Source of the DNA: a bacterium
GTDB taxonomy: Bacteria > Fidelibacterota > Fidelibacteria > Fidelibacterales > Fidelibacteraceae
Length of the DNA: 64,000 bases
Direction of reading: 5' to 3'
Assembly: GCA_963676395.1 (NCBI GenBank)
Contig: OY781066.1
Coordinates: forward strand, 1,344,001 to 1,408,000
Position numbers and translations under genes: made by a program. The notes under the pieces were generated by a model. It was not told the DNA's origin. It searched no databases and saw nothing but the letters and a program-made list of their open reading frames with translations. Below are positions 9,128-19,682 of this stretch, piece by piece (position 1 is the first letter of the stretch; each line of letters starts with the position of its first letter).

Positions 9128-11041
9128 TTATTTAAAAAGCTCTAGTAACAGCTTTTTAACTTCATTTTCTTGTATGGGCTTCGTAAGATGACCGCTAAAA
9201 CCACTTTGAATGATTTTTTCATGGTCATCATCAAAAGCATAAGCAGTTTGAGCAAGAATGATAATATCTTTGTTAAATTCTCTGATTGTTTTTGTAGCCG
9301 TGTAGCCATCCATTATGGGCATTTTCAGATCCATCATAATAAGATCAAGATCCGGATTTTCTTTACATATGCGCACTGCTTCTTTGCCATTAGGAGCGTG
9401 GATAATATTTTCAGCAAAATTTTGCATAATAATATTTAAATATAAAAACGATGGCATGTCATCTTCTGCAATAAGGATGTTGAGTTTTGAGGTGTCCTTT
9501 GTTTTTGTGGGTGAAGATTGCTTTTGAGGAATATCTATAATATCATCTTTTTGGGTAAGGGGAATTGTAAAATAGAATCTTGAACCATTATTGGGTTCGG
9601 AGATAAGTTTCAGTTCACCTTTCATTAATTCGACATAAGCTTTACAGATAGATAATCCCAAACCCGCTCCTTCGTATGGTTTAGAAATTCTATCATCAGC
9701 TTGTATAAACCTTTTAAAGATCTCTTCATGCTTTTCCTTTGGAATGCCAATGCCGGTATCTTCAACATAGAATAAGAGAGAATTGAACCGTTTTTCACAT
9801 CCGAATTTAATCTGTCCCTTGTCTGTAAATTTAATGGCATTCTTGATTAAATTGCTTAAGATGACTTCTAATTTGTCTTTATCACCTAAGAGATTCAGAT
9901 CACTTTTGCATACTTTTTTAAGTTTGATATTCTTGTTTTTGCATTCCGGCATAAAAAAGTTTTCAAGATAACTTAGGAGTTCATTTACGTCAATATGAGA
10001 ATTGAAAATTTTAACTTGTTTTGCTTCGATTTTTGAAATATCTATCAAATCATTGATCAAATTCAGCATGCGCTTAGAAGAATGTTCAATTACATCTAGA
10101 TATTCATTATGCTTTTCAATACTGAGACCTTTTTTTCTTAGCAGTCGAGTAAAACCCATTATTCCATTCATGGGGGTGCGGATCTCATGACTCATATTTG
10201 CCAGAAAAGCGGATTTTAAATGATCTGATTCTTTTGCTTTTTCAAGTGCTCTCTTTAGATCAAGTTCACTTTGTTTTTGTTGGGTAATATCGCGAACGAT
10301 AGCAAACGTGGCAGGATGATCTCTGTAATTAATTATTTGATAGTTCACGTCTACATTTATTACATCGCCATTTTTTTTAGTAAAAGAAGTTTCATAATAA
10401 TTAGGAAGTTTTTCGCCAAAATTCCTTTGCATATTTCTATTGTGCAGTTCTTTGAGTCCATTCTTGGTATAAATGTCCCTAAATGTGATCTTGTGAAATT
10501 CCTCAGGAGAGTAATCAAGCATTTCGGCAAAACGATTATTATAATAAATAAATGTATCATTCTGAGAAATTAAAATTCCATCGTTGGCATTTTCAACGAT
10601 TAAACGGTATTTTTCCTCACTGATTTTCAACTCTTCTTCATGTAATTTACTTTGAGTGATATCAGAAAAGATCACAGCAAAATAATTGTCACTTCCGGGA
10701 ATGACAGATATTTTATAAATTTTTCCCGGGTTTAGTTTTTTGTCTTCAAAAAACTCAGGGAGCCTGGATTTTAAGACACGTTTGCAGATATGAATAAATG
10801 GAATGGATTCGACGCCCAATAATTCTTTTAGGGACTTGTTGATCGCTTTTTTTGAATTTGTATCAAATTGTTCTTCAATGGTCGAATTCATATCTTTGAT
10901 AATAAAATCAATGGCTTCACCTTGATCGTCAAAGATCATTTCGAATATAACCACGCCTTCTTCAATCATAAAATAAAGGTTTTTATATAGCCCTTCATTG
11001 GCGTTTAGATTACTCGGCAGGTCAGTTACCTTGTTACTCAT
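9128..11041 (-). CDS. PAS-domain hybrid sensor histidine kinase/response regulator
   Basis: Two PAS-like regions, H-box FLANMSHEIRTPMN, NLIKNAIKF, DTGIG, GAGLGL, receiver domain LIMMDLKMP. Confidence 0.93.
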   Translation of the reverse strand: MSNKVTDLPSNLNANEGLYKNLYFMIEEGVVIFEMIFDDQGEAIDFIIKDMNSTIEEQFDTNSKKAINKSLKELLGVESIPFIHICKRVLKSRLPEFFEDKKLNPGKIYKISVIPGSDNYFAVIFSDITQSKLHEEELKISEEKYRLIVENANDGILISQNDTFIYYNNRFAEMLDYSPEEFHKITFRDIYTKNGLKELHNRNMQRNFGEKLPNYYETSFTKKNGDVINVDVNYQIINYRDHPATFAIVRDITQQKQSELDLKRALEKAKESDHLKSAFLANMSHEIRTPMNGIMGFTRLLRKKGLSIEKHNEYLDVIEHSSKRMLNLINDLIDISKIEAKQVKIFNSHIDVNELLSYLENFFMPECKNKNIKLKKVCKSDLNLLGDKDKLEVILSNLIKNAIKFTDKGQIKFGCEKRFNSLLFYVEDTGIGIPKEKHEEIFKRFIQADDRISKPYEGAGLGLSICKAYVELMKGELKLISEPNNGSRFYFTIPLTQKDDIIDIPQKQSSPTKTKDTSKLNILIAEDDMPSFLYLNIIMQNFAENIIHAPNGKEAVRICKENPDLDLIMMDLKMPIMDGYTATKTIREFNKDIIILAQTAYAFDDDHEKIIQSGFSGHLTKPIQENEVKKLLLELFK

Positions 11042-11205
11042 TCATTCCCTCTGCTCTAATTAATAATACATTTGAATTATAATTTAACACAGCGAAGAGG
11101 GAAATGAAATATAAATATATTTCAATGGGATAGAATACTGTCTTGTTGCTTGAAAGTTACATATATAATTTTTACATTATCGTGTATAACAACTGAGGAT
11201 TAAAC

Positions 11206-11955
11206 ATGAAAAAGATTATATTAATATTATTATTGGGCTTGGCCTTAGTATCCTGTGAAAAAATCAATGTTATGACTTATAATATTCATGCTAGCAGAGG
11301 TATGGATAAAGTTTTTGATGCGAAGAGAATTGCGACGGTCATAAACGAGCAATCTCCGGATCTTGTCGCATTACAAGAAGTTGATATTCTTACTCAAAGA
11401 AGCGGTCCCACAGATATTCTTGCTGTATTAATGCAAGAAACCGGAATGAGTGGAATTTTTATGAAGACCTTCAACTATCAAGGCGGTGAGTTTGGGAATG
11501 CGGTGCTTACACGTTATCCGATCATCGACAGTAAAGTATATCGTTTGCCATCCAGAGAAGAATACGAACCTCGTTTGATGATGCTTGTTCGTTGTTTAAG
11601 TGACAGGGGGGATACGATTTATTTCTACAATGTCCATTTAGATCATCACTTAAAGGATTCTGATAGACCTCAACAAGCCGACATGATCGTTGAATCAATA
11701 GATTATAACAAGAATGTTATTCTTGCCGGAGATTTTAATTGCGAGCCTGGCAGTCCATCACTTTCGGTAATAGAAACCACTTTAATGCGCAGCTTTGCAA
11801 AGGAAGCAAGCTATCCTTCCGATATTCCTTCACGATTGATCGACCACATTTTTTATTCTCATGATAATGGGTTAAGATTATGTAATGTTAAAGTTGTCGA
11901 TGAAAAGCTTGCATCAGATCACCGACCGGTTGTGGCGACATTAAGAATAAAATAA
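11206..11955 (+). CDS. Endonuclease/exonuclease/phosphatase family lipoprotein
   Basis: Lipobox LVSC; MTYNI, ALQEVD, AGDFN, IDHIF, SDHRPV. Confidence 0.9.
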   Translation: MKKIILILLLGLALVSCEKINVMTYNIHASRGMDKVFDAKRIATVINEQSPDLVALQEVDILTQRSGPTDILAVLMQETGMSGIFMKTFNYQGGEFGNAVLTRYPIIDSKVYRLPSREEYEPRLMMLVRCLSDRGDTIYFYNVHLDHHLKDSDRPQQADMIVESIDYNKNVILAGDFNCEPGSPSLSVIETTLMRSFAKEASYPSDIPSRLIDHIFYSHDNGLRLCNVKVVDEKLASDHRPVVATLRIK

Positions 11956-12011
11956 TTTAAGAAAATACGATTTTAAGGCCTAGTGCCCTTTTTCATTTTA
12001 TTGGGTGAAAT

Positions 12012-12035
12012 AAAAAAGCAGAGATAATTCTCTGC
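12012..12035 (-). terminator. Terminator after tRNA-Leu
   Basis: Minus strand GCAGAGA-atta-TCTCTGC followed by TTTTTT. Confidence 0.65.
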
Positions 12036-12045
12036 ATATTTTAAG

Positions 12046-12129
12046 TACCCGGGGCGGGATTTGAACCCGCATGTCCGTAAGGACACTAGACCCTGAACCT
12101 AGCGCGTCTGCCAATTTCGCCACCCGGGC
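12046..12129 (-). tRNA. tRNA-Leu (anticodon CAG), CCA not encoded
   Basis: GCCCGGGTGGCGAAATTGGCAGACGCG-CTAGGTT CAG GGTCTAG-long variable arm-GCGGGTTCAAATCCCGC-CCCGGGTA. Confidence 0.95.
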
Positions 12130-12141
12130 TGATGTTCAATC

Positions 12142-12480
12142 TTATTTCTTCTCTTCAGCCTGGAGACGTTCGGCCTCAGATTCAAGCGTAGAAATTGTTG
12201 CTTTCAATTCGTTGATCTGAGTTAGCATTTCATCTAAGTTTTCAATGCCGCTCATATCAAAAGTTTTATTTTCGGTGGCGAAAATACTGGTAGTTTCACC
12301 TAATTCTTGATAGCATTTTAAAAGAACACGACGGGTTTGGAAAATTTCATATTTCAATTTACCCAATCGGCCAAAGTCATTTGCTTTTTCTTTAGTGGTC
12401 TGGTAAGCTTCATCAATTTTGGGACTCAGACTTTCCCACCACTGTGCTAATTTACTTTTCGTTTTTGCGTATGTTTCCAT
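12142..12480 (-). CDS. Hypothetical coiled-coil protein
   Basis: GGAG SD before ATG 12480; 'LGKLKYEI...YQELGE' amphipathic helices. Confidence 0.7.
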   Translation of the reverse strand: METYAKTKSKLAQWWESLSPKIDEAYQTTKEKANDFGRLGKLKYEIFQTRRVLLKCYQELGETTSIFATENKTFDMSGIENLDEMLTQINELKATISTLESEAERLQAEEKK

Positions 12481-12554
12481 ATTCACTCCAATCAACCGCT
12501 CAATTTACATGATAATCATGCGCGTGTCAATACTTAAAGACCATTTCTAAAAAA

Positions 12555-14180
12555 TCAAACCTTAATAACAACTTTGTTATTTACGGAGATTACACCTTCA
12601 TTGTTTATTCGTCCGATCGTACTGGATGTTATGTTTAGGTTAGACGTGATTCGAGCCAGGTCGATGAGATGTTTTTCCTTTATACTGACTAAAGCCGCTG
12701 CTTGGTGTTCTCCATAGATGAATAGTTGCTCCGGACCTTTTCTTTCCGAATATATCGTTGCACCGTTCCCTTTTCTGGATGCTTTATGCAAGGCTGTGAT
12801 CAAACCACCACGATGGATGTAATTAGCTGTTGTAAGGATATTTTTATTTTTGCAATCTTCGATAACATCGACTAAAGCGGCAAGGGTTGCCGTCATAACC
12901 CCCGGTGGAGTAAATGGCGTATCATAACCTAACACATTTGCATAAGCAGATCCCTTAAGCTCTCCATTAGGATCGCCGATCAAACATAGAAAATCACCTT
13001 CTTTCTCAAATTGATCGGGAATAAAACAATCTTCTTTTGTACAAATAAAAAAGAGTTTAAGCTTATCGCTATCACCCGAAACAATGCAATTGTTTGCCAT
13101 TGGAATACCAAAAAGTTTTGCGGATTTAGCAATCACATTAAGTGTAGAGTCTATATCATGGGGAGACTCGGAAATGCTTTGGGCAAAATATGAAAGAGCT
13201 AAAGGCTTATAGCCACGATAGTATAATGAGACTATTGATGAGATTGTATGTTGGTTTAGCCCATTCGGCGTAAATGATAATGAAGATAAGGGAAAATTAA
13301 TAATATAAAGATCAGGGATATCATCAAATTTTAATTTTTTGGGCGGATTGTTTTTTTCTTCATTTTCAACAAATTCGATTAACTTCTCAAGAATATTTTC
13401 CGGCTCGTTTTTCAGTTCAATGCTTTCAGTTTTAGTTTCTTGGATTTCTTGAGTGGTTTTGGATGTTTGGATTTTATTTTGAAGTAAAAAAAGCTGTTTT
13501 AGACTGGCAATGGGAAGTTCAAAGTTTGCTGTCTCGTTTTCCAGTGTAATGATGGGAATAGAAATAGTTTTACCAATAAAGGCGGGAATTGTATCTAAAT
13601 CTTGAATTGCATTTTTAAAATTTCTATCCTGATGTTCCGGAACGATATATATTAAACCGTTTTTATATGGTTTAAGAAGACGTCGCGCAGATGCTGTAAG
13701 AAGTATGCCGGCTTTTGTTTCGTTACACATGGCACATAAGCGTTCCCAGGGTGTTTCATCCTGAATAAGGGCAATGTGATCGGCAAATTGAGAAACGGTT
13801 TTTAGTTTATTTTCGGTTTCATGTCTGCTTGTATTTTGTAAATATATATGGTAGTTGTTTATACGCGCATTTAAGTGCTTTGCATTTTCGGGTTTTGTAA
13901 AACCAAGCATGATGGTGCCTTGATCATGGCTATAGCATTCGGAACCATTTAATTGGCGTGTAGAAATATCTAAACAACAACGAAGTTTGTTGGTATGATT
14001 CGAAACATACATATAGTGTTCGTCATCGATATTTATAAATAGTGTTTTAGATTCGTTGTAGCGGGCAAAGCGTTTATCTTTATCAAAGGTTTCCGGATCA
14101 AAACATTGAAAAAATTTCATTTCGCCGCTTGTGGGATTATGTCCCAAGATTTTGCTGAGTTGAGTTGTAAATAAATTCAT
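12555..14180 (-). CDS. Highly divergent PurL-like / AIR-synthase-related protein
   Basis: N-terminal LGHNPTSGEMKFF and C-terminal GDFLCLIG..GSAY..PP..RGGLITAL..IYGEHQAAALV..IGRI resemble the ends of PurL; catalytic motifs not seen. Confidence 0.55.
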   Translation of the reverse strand: MNLFTTQLSKILGHNPTSGEMKFFQCFDPETFDKDKRFARYNESKTLFINIDDEHYMYVSNHTNKLRCCLDISTRQLNGSECYSHDQGTIMLGFTKPENAKHLNARINNYHIYLQNTSRHETENKLKTVSQFADHIALIQDETPWERLCAMCNETKAGILLTASARRLLKPYKNGLIYIVPEHQDRNFKNAIQDLDTIPAFIGKTISIPIITLENETANFELPIASLKQLFLLQNKIQTSKTTQEIQETKTESIELKNEPENILEKLIEFVENEEKNNPPKKLKFDDIPDLYIINFPLSSLSFTPNGLNQHTISSIVSLYYRGYKPLALSYFAQSISESPHDIDSTLNVIAKSAKLFGIPMANNCIVSGDSDKLKLFFICTKEDCFIPDQFEKEGDFLCLIGDPNGELKGSAYANVLGYDTPFTPPGVMTATLAALVDVIEDCKNKNILTTANYIHRGGLITALHKASRKGNGATIYSERKGPEQLFIYGEHQAAALVSIKEKHLIDLARITSNLNITSSTIGRINNEGVISVNNKVVIKV

Positions 14181-14265
14181 AATTAAAAATAGCTCATAAC
14201 TAATTAAAATCCAACTTGTCATTGAGGGCTTTTAATGATAATTTCAAAAATAATTTGGAGTAAAA

Positions 14266-15642
14266 ATGAGTGTTAAAACAGTATCCTCTATATTAAATAA
14301 GCAACGAGATTTCTTTGCAAGTGGTAGAAGTAAAGAAATGGCTTTTCGTAAGAAATCATTAAGAGATCTGAAAAAAGCAATTCAAGCTAATGAAGCGGCT
14401 TTATTTAAAGCTTTAGAACTGGATCTTGGAAAAAGTGCGTTTGAAGCTTATGCATCTGAGATTGGACTGGTATTGCATGAGATATCCTATCATATTAGAC
14501 ACATGGATGCATGGAATGCTGTCAAAAGAAAAGCATCCCCAATAAGTATTTTTCCCTCTAAAAGTTATGTCAGACAAGAACCTTATGGTGTCTGTTTGAT
14601 CATGGCCCCTTGGAATTATCCTTTTGGCTTATTGATGACACCATTAATTGGTGCAATTTCTGCAGGGAATTGCGTTATTCTTAAACCTGCAAATTATTCA
14701 AAAAATACTTCAAAAATTATTGAAAAGATTATCAAAGAAACCTTTCCGGAAGAATATATTTCTGTTTTTTGGGGCGGAAGGGAAGTTAACACGGAATTAC
14801 TGAATGAAACTTACGATTATGTGTTTTTTACCGGTGGCCCTGTATTGGGTAAGATCGTGGCAGAAAAAGCTGCGCAGAGTTTTACTCCATTAACTCTAGA
14901 GTTGGGTGGTAAAAGTCCTTGCATCGTTGATGAAGATGCAAACTTAAAAAAAGCGGCAAAACGTATCGTATGGGGAAAGTTTCTGAACCTTGGTCAAACT
15001 TGTATAGCACCTGACCACTTGTATGTTCACACATCCATTAAAGAAAAATTTATAAGCTATCTTATTAAAGAAATCAAGTCCCAGTATGGAGATGATCCCT
15101 CTAAAAGTCCTGATCTTGGTCACCTGATAAATTCAAAAGCATTCGATAGGATAGTGGGTTATGTCGAAGAAGCCAGGATAATATATGGTGGAGAATATAA
15201 CAAAGAGCGCTTATTTTTGGAACCTACATTGCTGGACGTTTCGGAAGAGGACTCCCCGGTTATGAAAGAAGAGATATTTGGCCCGGTTTTGCCTGTTATT
15301 AAATTTAACAGTATCGAAAACCTTGTCGCGGAACAGATCAAAAAAGATAAACCACTAGCCATGTATTATTTTACATCATCTAAAAAGAAAGCAGAGATGG
15401 TGATGAATAGCGTTGATTCGGGAGGTGTTTGTATCAATGATGTGCTTGTTCAGTTCGTGAGTTCAAAGATCCCATTTGGGGGAGTGGGAAATAGTGGCAT
15501 GGGCGCATATCATGGGAAATACAGTTTTAATACCTTTAGTCGTTCACGGGGTATGATCCGGTCCGGTGTTTTTGTAGATATCCCGGTAAAGTTTGCCCCA
15601 TATAAAAATAAATTGTCGCTTTTAAAAAGTATAATTAAATAA
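14266..15642 (+). CDS. Aldehyde dehydrogenase (ALDH3/YwdH-like)
   Basis: PWNYP, FFTG, LELGGKSP, GQTCIAPD, EEIFGP, PFGGVGNSG. Confidence 0.95.
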   Translation: MSVKTVSSILNKQRDFFASGRSKEMAFRKKSLRDLKKAIQANEAALFKALELDLGKSAFEAYASEIGLVLHEISYHIRHMDAWNAVKRKASPISIFPSKSYVRQEPYGVCLIMAPWNYPFGLLMTPLIGAISAGNCVILKPANYSKNTSKIIEKIIKETFPEEYISVFWGGREVNTELLNETYDYVFFTGGPVLGKIVAEKAAQSFTPLTLELGGKSPCIVDEDANLKKAAKRIVWGKFLNLGQTCIAPDHLYVHTSIKEKFISYLIKEIKSQYGDDPSKSPDLGHLINSKAFDRIVGYVEEARIIYGGEYNKERLFLEPTLLDVSEEDSPVMKEEIFGPVLPVIKFNSIENLVAEQIKKDKPLAMYYFTSSKKKAEMVMNSVDSGGVCINDVLVQFVSSKIPFGGVGNSGMGAYHGKYSFNTFSRSRGMIRSGVFVDIPVKFAPYKNKLSLLKSIIK

Positions 15643-15649
15643 AATACAG

Positions 15650-17056
15650 TTAGGTTTTAACCAACCTTGCTACAGTTTCTATATGTGCTGTATGTGGAAA
15701 CATGTCAACCGGCTGGATCTTTTCGGTTTTATAACCGGCTTCTGCAAGAAGTGCAATATCACGTGCTTGGGTTGAAGGATTGCAGCTGACATAGATGATG
15801 ACGGGTGGTATTAATTCTATTAGTTGCTTAATGAATTTAGGGTTAAGCCCGGCCCTTGGAGGATCCACGATTGCCAGATCCGGCTTAGGTAGTGAGTTGA
15901 TCAGCTTTTGATTACTTTGTAAAAAGGTATCCAAGTTGGCTTCATAGAAACGACAATGGTTTACATTGTTTTTTTGAGCATTCATTTTGGCATTATTAAC
16001 GGCATCTTTTACTATCTCAAAGCCGATAACTTCTTTTACTTTATCTGCTATGTATAGGGAAATGGAGCCAGCCCCAGAATAAAAATCCCATGCAACCATG
16101 TTGTCATTAAGTTGTGCATATTCTACAATTGTATTGTAGAGTTGTTCAGCACCTTTAGTATTGGTTTGGAAAAATGAATTTGCCGAGATCTCATATTCGA
16201 GCCCGCCTAAAGAGTCGTGAATAACCTGATTTCCATACAAGAGAATTTCTTTTTCACCAATAGAGTGATCCCCCTTTGAATTGGTAATATTGTTCACAAT
16301 AGCAGTCACGGCCGGATGTTTTTCCTTAATCTTTTTAACAAGAAGGTCTAATAGTTTAAGGTCTTCATAGCGAGTAATAATATTTACCATGATCTCTCCG
16401 CTATGTTCACCTTTTCGGATCATAACAGAACGAAGAAAACCGGTCCATTCTCTTGGGTTATTCAAAGTAATATCATTTTGTCTGGCCCAATCTTTGATCG
16501 TTTTAAACACGGCATTTCGTTCATCATCCTGTAATAGGCAGTGATCAATATCCAGGATCTTGTCAAAGCGACTCGGTGCATGAAGTCCTATGGCAAAACT
16601 TTCGTCTGTCCCCGGGTCGTTTTCTTTGAGCTTCCAACGGGATGAACCTGCCGAAAAATCCATTTTATTGCGATAAGCAAATACTTCGGGTGCCGCTAAA
16701 GTATTCATGATAGGGATATCAGGCATTTTTACCAGATGTGTAAACACATCCTTTACTTGGTCGGTTTTAATCTTTAATTGTGCTTCATAATTCAGATTTT
16801 GAAATTTGCAACCACCACAATCATTAAAATATGTGCAAGGGGCTTTGGTATAATCCGGAGATTGTTCAATGATCTCTTTGATCAGGGCTTCTGCGTATCC
16901 GGCTTTTTTCTTGATGATAAGCGCTTTAACTTTTTGTCCCGGAAGGGCATCTCTGACAAAGATGACAAAATCATCAATTCTAGCAATACCTTTTGCCCCA
17001 AAAGCAATACTTTCAATATATAATTCTACAATTTGGTTTTTTTTGATCTCAAGCAT
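15650..17056 (-). CDS. rlmD: 23S rRNA m5U1939 methyltransferase (TrmA/RlmD family)
   Basis: TRAM domain, C-x5-CGGC Fe-S motif, SFFQTN, DPPRAG, YVSCNP, DMFPHTAHIE. Confidence 0.92.
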   Translation of the reverse strand: MLEIKKNQIVELYIESIAFGAKGIARIDDFVIFVRDALPGQKVKALIIKKKAGYAEALIKEIIEQSPDYTKAPCTYFNDCGGCKFQNLNYEAQLKIKTDQVKDVFTHLVKMPDIPIMNTLAAPEVFAYRNKMDFSAGSSRWKLKENDPGTDESFAIGLHAPSRFDKILDIDHCLLQDDERNAVFKTIKDWARQNDITLNNPREWTGFLRSVMIRKGEHSGEIMVNIITRYEDLKLLDLLVKKIKEKHPAVTAIVNNITNSKGDHSIGEKEILLYGNQVIHDSLGGLEYEISANSFFQTNTKGAEQLYNTIVEYAQLNDNMVAWDFYSGAGSISLYIADKVKEVIGFEIVKDAVNNAKMNAQKNNVNHCRFYEANLDTFLQSNQKLINSLPKPDLAIVDPPRAGLNPKFIKQLIELIPPVIIYVSCNPSTQARDIALLAEAGYKTEKIQPVDMFPHTAHIETVARLVKT

Positions 17057-17089
17057 TTAAATTCTCTGTAATTAATTGTCGCTATTTAA

Positions 17090-17125
17090 TTCAACAGCCC
17101 TGGGTTTAAACCCAAGGCTATTGAA
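17090..17125. repeat. Palindromic extragenic element (family C)
   Basis: TTCAACAGCCCTGGGTTTAAACCCAAGGCTATTGAA; degenerate copy at 41356-41384. Confidence 0.6.
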
Positions 17126-17157
17126 AACTTACACTCTGTTTGTTTTAAATCAAAATG

Positions 17158-17180
17158 AAAAAGGGCACGGTTGTGCCCTT
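17158..17180 (-). terminator. Intrinsic terminator
   Basis: AAGGGCAC-ggtt-GTGCCCTT with a T-run on the minus strand. Confidence 0.7.
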
Positions 17181-17201
17181 GATATGTTTTTCATTTTAAT
17201 T

Positions 17202-19466
17202 CTAATTTAAAACTGTTGTTGATGGTCCGGTAATAAGTGAAGATTTTGTAATATTTGATGCGCGATAGGCTACTTTAACAGATGTTACTTCATACTGCTT
17301 ATCTAGGGTGAAATAGACAGTTTTTGTCTCGTTATTTCGATTTAAATGCTGATTAAAGCGCATGCCGAAGGTATTGGTTTCGTTATCTAAGGCTATGAGT
17401 CCGCTATAGATGTTGCTGGCAGCAATAACATTATGTTCATTGCTCATTTCAAGGACCCAATAGGTCAGATCAAATTGAGCTGTTCCATCACTGCTTACAC
17501 GGTAATACCATGTAGAGGTTCCATCATTGTTATTGGTGTGTTGGATATATTCAAATTGATATCCGTAAATATCCGCAATATTATTTTCAAAATATAGCTT
17601 CCATAAGCTGTGGGCAATACCGGGAGCCCAGTTTAAATCTCCATTTGTTGTATGGGTTTGCAAACATTCATAGATATTACCCTGATAGCTGACTTTATCA
17701 CCAATATAATATGTTTTATTTAGGCTGATCCATTCTTCGGTTTCGTTTTCTTGATGCCCTAATAAAATATTGATCTTATCGTTTTCGTTTGAAGTGCCAA
17801 AGTTTCCACTTAGTTCAAGAATACCTCTTAGTTCAAAACCTTCAGACACATCAAATCCGGTAATATTCCAGGTTTTCCAGCCGTTTCCTTCGAAAGAACC
17901 AACAGGAACATCGTTAATATATACATTTTTGAAAACAATATCTGCAGAATTGGTTTGGCCAACAACATCTAATTGCATAATGTTTATCTCATCTCTTGGG
18001 GCTGACGCAAGATAGCTGATATCTACTTCATTATCATTGACTTTTGTTGTTAGCCTATGGGTTGATGGATCATAGGTGAAAATCAAATCATATTCACCGG
18101 GACTTGTCCATTCGAATTCGCTTTCTGTTCTATTAGAGCTTCTAGCAATATCGTGGATCCCCACATAAACTTCTTTTTTGTTGGTGTTTGAGAAGCTTTT
18201 AAATCTTGCTCCACCATATTTGCTTTTAAATTTTGCCGAACCGCTTTTTGTGATTAATTCGGTTCCCGAAAATCCGTTTCTTTGAACTTCGAGGATTTTA
18301 AACCCTCCAAAACCGGTAGCGACAAAAACCACATCATCTTTACTTTCAACAAAGTTTGTTGATGAATTGAAATTTGCACTACCATAAATCCGGATATTTT
18401 CACCGTTGAATTTCTGGCCGACATAAACACCGGCAGCACCATTGGCAATAAATACCAGATCATCATTAATGGAAACACCATTTGTTACAAAATCGATATC
18501 ATCGTAACCTTCCGAAGTTTCCGGGCAAGCCAGTTCGTAAACTAAAGAACCATCGTTTAGATTTATAACTTTTAGTCCTGCATCGTTTAAGGCCACATAA
18601 GCGTATTGCTCATCGATAGCTAAGGTTGATTTAGATTCCGGAATGGTTTCTCCTGCGATAGGATATTGATTGATAACGCTTGGGTTAGTGCTTGAAACCA
18701 CGTAAAGATTTGCCGGAGATGCCGAAAGGAAAACAAAATAATCATCTGTAACACCAACACTTCTTGCATCATTTACGGCATAAGCGCCTAAACTATCCAT
18801 GTTGCTTTGTTCATAGAATAAAAGGTTACCATCTGATCCGGTTGTTGCAAGTAGAATACCATTATAAACAAACACATCGGTTGCAACATAAGAACTTACA
18901 TCATAGACATCGGTACGGCTTGTAAGTTCACCTGCAAGATTTAAGTTCATTCGTTCCAGTATAGCCGGTGATTTTAATTCAGAGTTCAAATAAGGATTCA
19001 TTGCTCCGGCTAAGTATAGTTTGTTGTTTGAATAAGCAACAGATGAAATATCGGTGTCGGTAAAGATAGCTTGTGACACAAGAATGGGATTTTTAATATC
19101 ACTTATATCAAAGATCTCAACACCCCCAAGATAGTCTTCACCTTCACGGTTGTAGGTTACATAAGCCATGCCATCATGAATGGCTACATGAGAAGCGCGA
19201 AGTGTGAACCCTTCATATACGGGTGGATTTACTTCAGCGCGTAAAATTAGGCGGAAATCTTCCGGAATCGCAACCATTGAGGTTTTTCCAAGTGTACCCG
19301 TAAGGCTGTCCAATTCGATCTCTTCGTCTGATGTCACAATACGTCCCGCAAAATTTCTATCGTTATTATTAACTATAATTCGTCCATCTTCACTTGAAAA
19401 GAAATTACAAGAAACGATTAATAGTGATAAAATAATAAGCGAAATGATTGAAAGTTTTGTCTTCAT
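17202..19466 (-). CDS. Lipoprotein: beta-propeller (LVIVD-like) + beta-sandwich + CBM5/12-like + extra C-terminal domain
   Basis: Lipobox LIVSC; GGVEIFDISD and AYVALNDAGLKVI blades; 'W..NKTYYIGDKVSYQGNIYECLQTHTT..WAP..SLW'. Confidence 0.75.
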   Translation of the reverse strand: MKTKLSIISLIILSLLIVSCNFFSSEDGRIIVNNNDRNFAGRIVTSDEEIELDSLTGTLGKTSMVAIPEDFRLILRAEVNPPVYEGFTLRASHVAIHDGMAYVTYNREGEDYLGGVEIFDISDIKNPILVSQAIFTDTDISSVAYSNNKLYLAGAMNPYLNSELKSPAILERMNLNLAGELTSRTDVYDVSSYVATDVFVYNGILLATTGSDGNLLFYEQSNMDSLGAYAVNDARSVGVTDDYFVFLSASPANLYVVSSTNPSVINQYPIAGETIPESKSTLAIDEQYAYVALNDAGLKVINLNDGSLVYELACPETSEGYDDIDFVTNGVSINDDLVFIANGAAGVYVGQKFNGENIRIYGSANFNSSTNFVESKDDVVFVATGFGGFKILEVQRNGFSGTELITKSGSAKFKSKYGGARFKSFSNTNKKEVYVGIHDIARSSNRTESEFEWTSPGEYDLIFTYDPSTHRLTTKVNDNEVDISYLASAPRDEINIMQLDVVGQTNSADIVFKNVYINDVPVGSFEGNGWKTWNITGFDVSEGFELRGILELSGNFGTSNENDKINILLGHQENETEEWISLNKTYYIGDKVSYQGNIYECLQTHTTNGDLNWAPGIAHSLWKLYFENNIADIYGYQFEYIQHTNNNDGTSTWYYRVSSDGTAQFDLTYWVLEMSNEHNVIAASNIYSGLIALDNETNTFGMRFNQHLNRNNETKTVYFTLDKQYEVTSVKVAYRASNITKSSLITGPSTTVLN

Positions 19467-19630
19467 TCTCTCTCTCCGTTAATGTTTTTTTGTTAAGCTA
19501 TTCTCTCATTTTAGTTTAACGCATAATGTTACTGGTAGTTAGATAAAATGTCAAGTATTAATATTGGAATATTATGACTGGAGTGCGTTATTTCTCCTGT
19601 AAGTTATCAACTTTATTAATTTTTAATTCT

Positions 19631-19662
19631 ATTAAAACGGACACCGAAGTGTCCGCTTTAAT
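19631..19662 (-). terminator. Hairpin/terminator between paralogs
   Basis: ATTAAAACGGACAC-cgaa-GTGTCCGCTTTAAT. Confidence 0.7.
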
Positions 19663-19682
19663 AGAAGAGTAATTTGTTATTA

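Noticed and set aside
12046..12129. tRNA as an island integration site
   Set aside because: No duplicated tRNA 3' end or integrase noticed nearby
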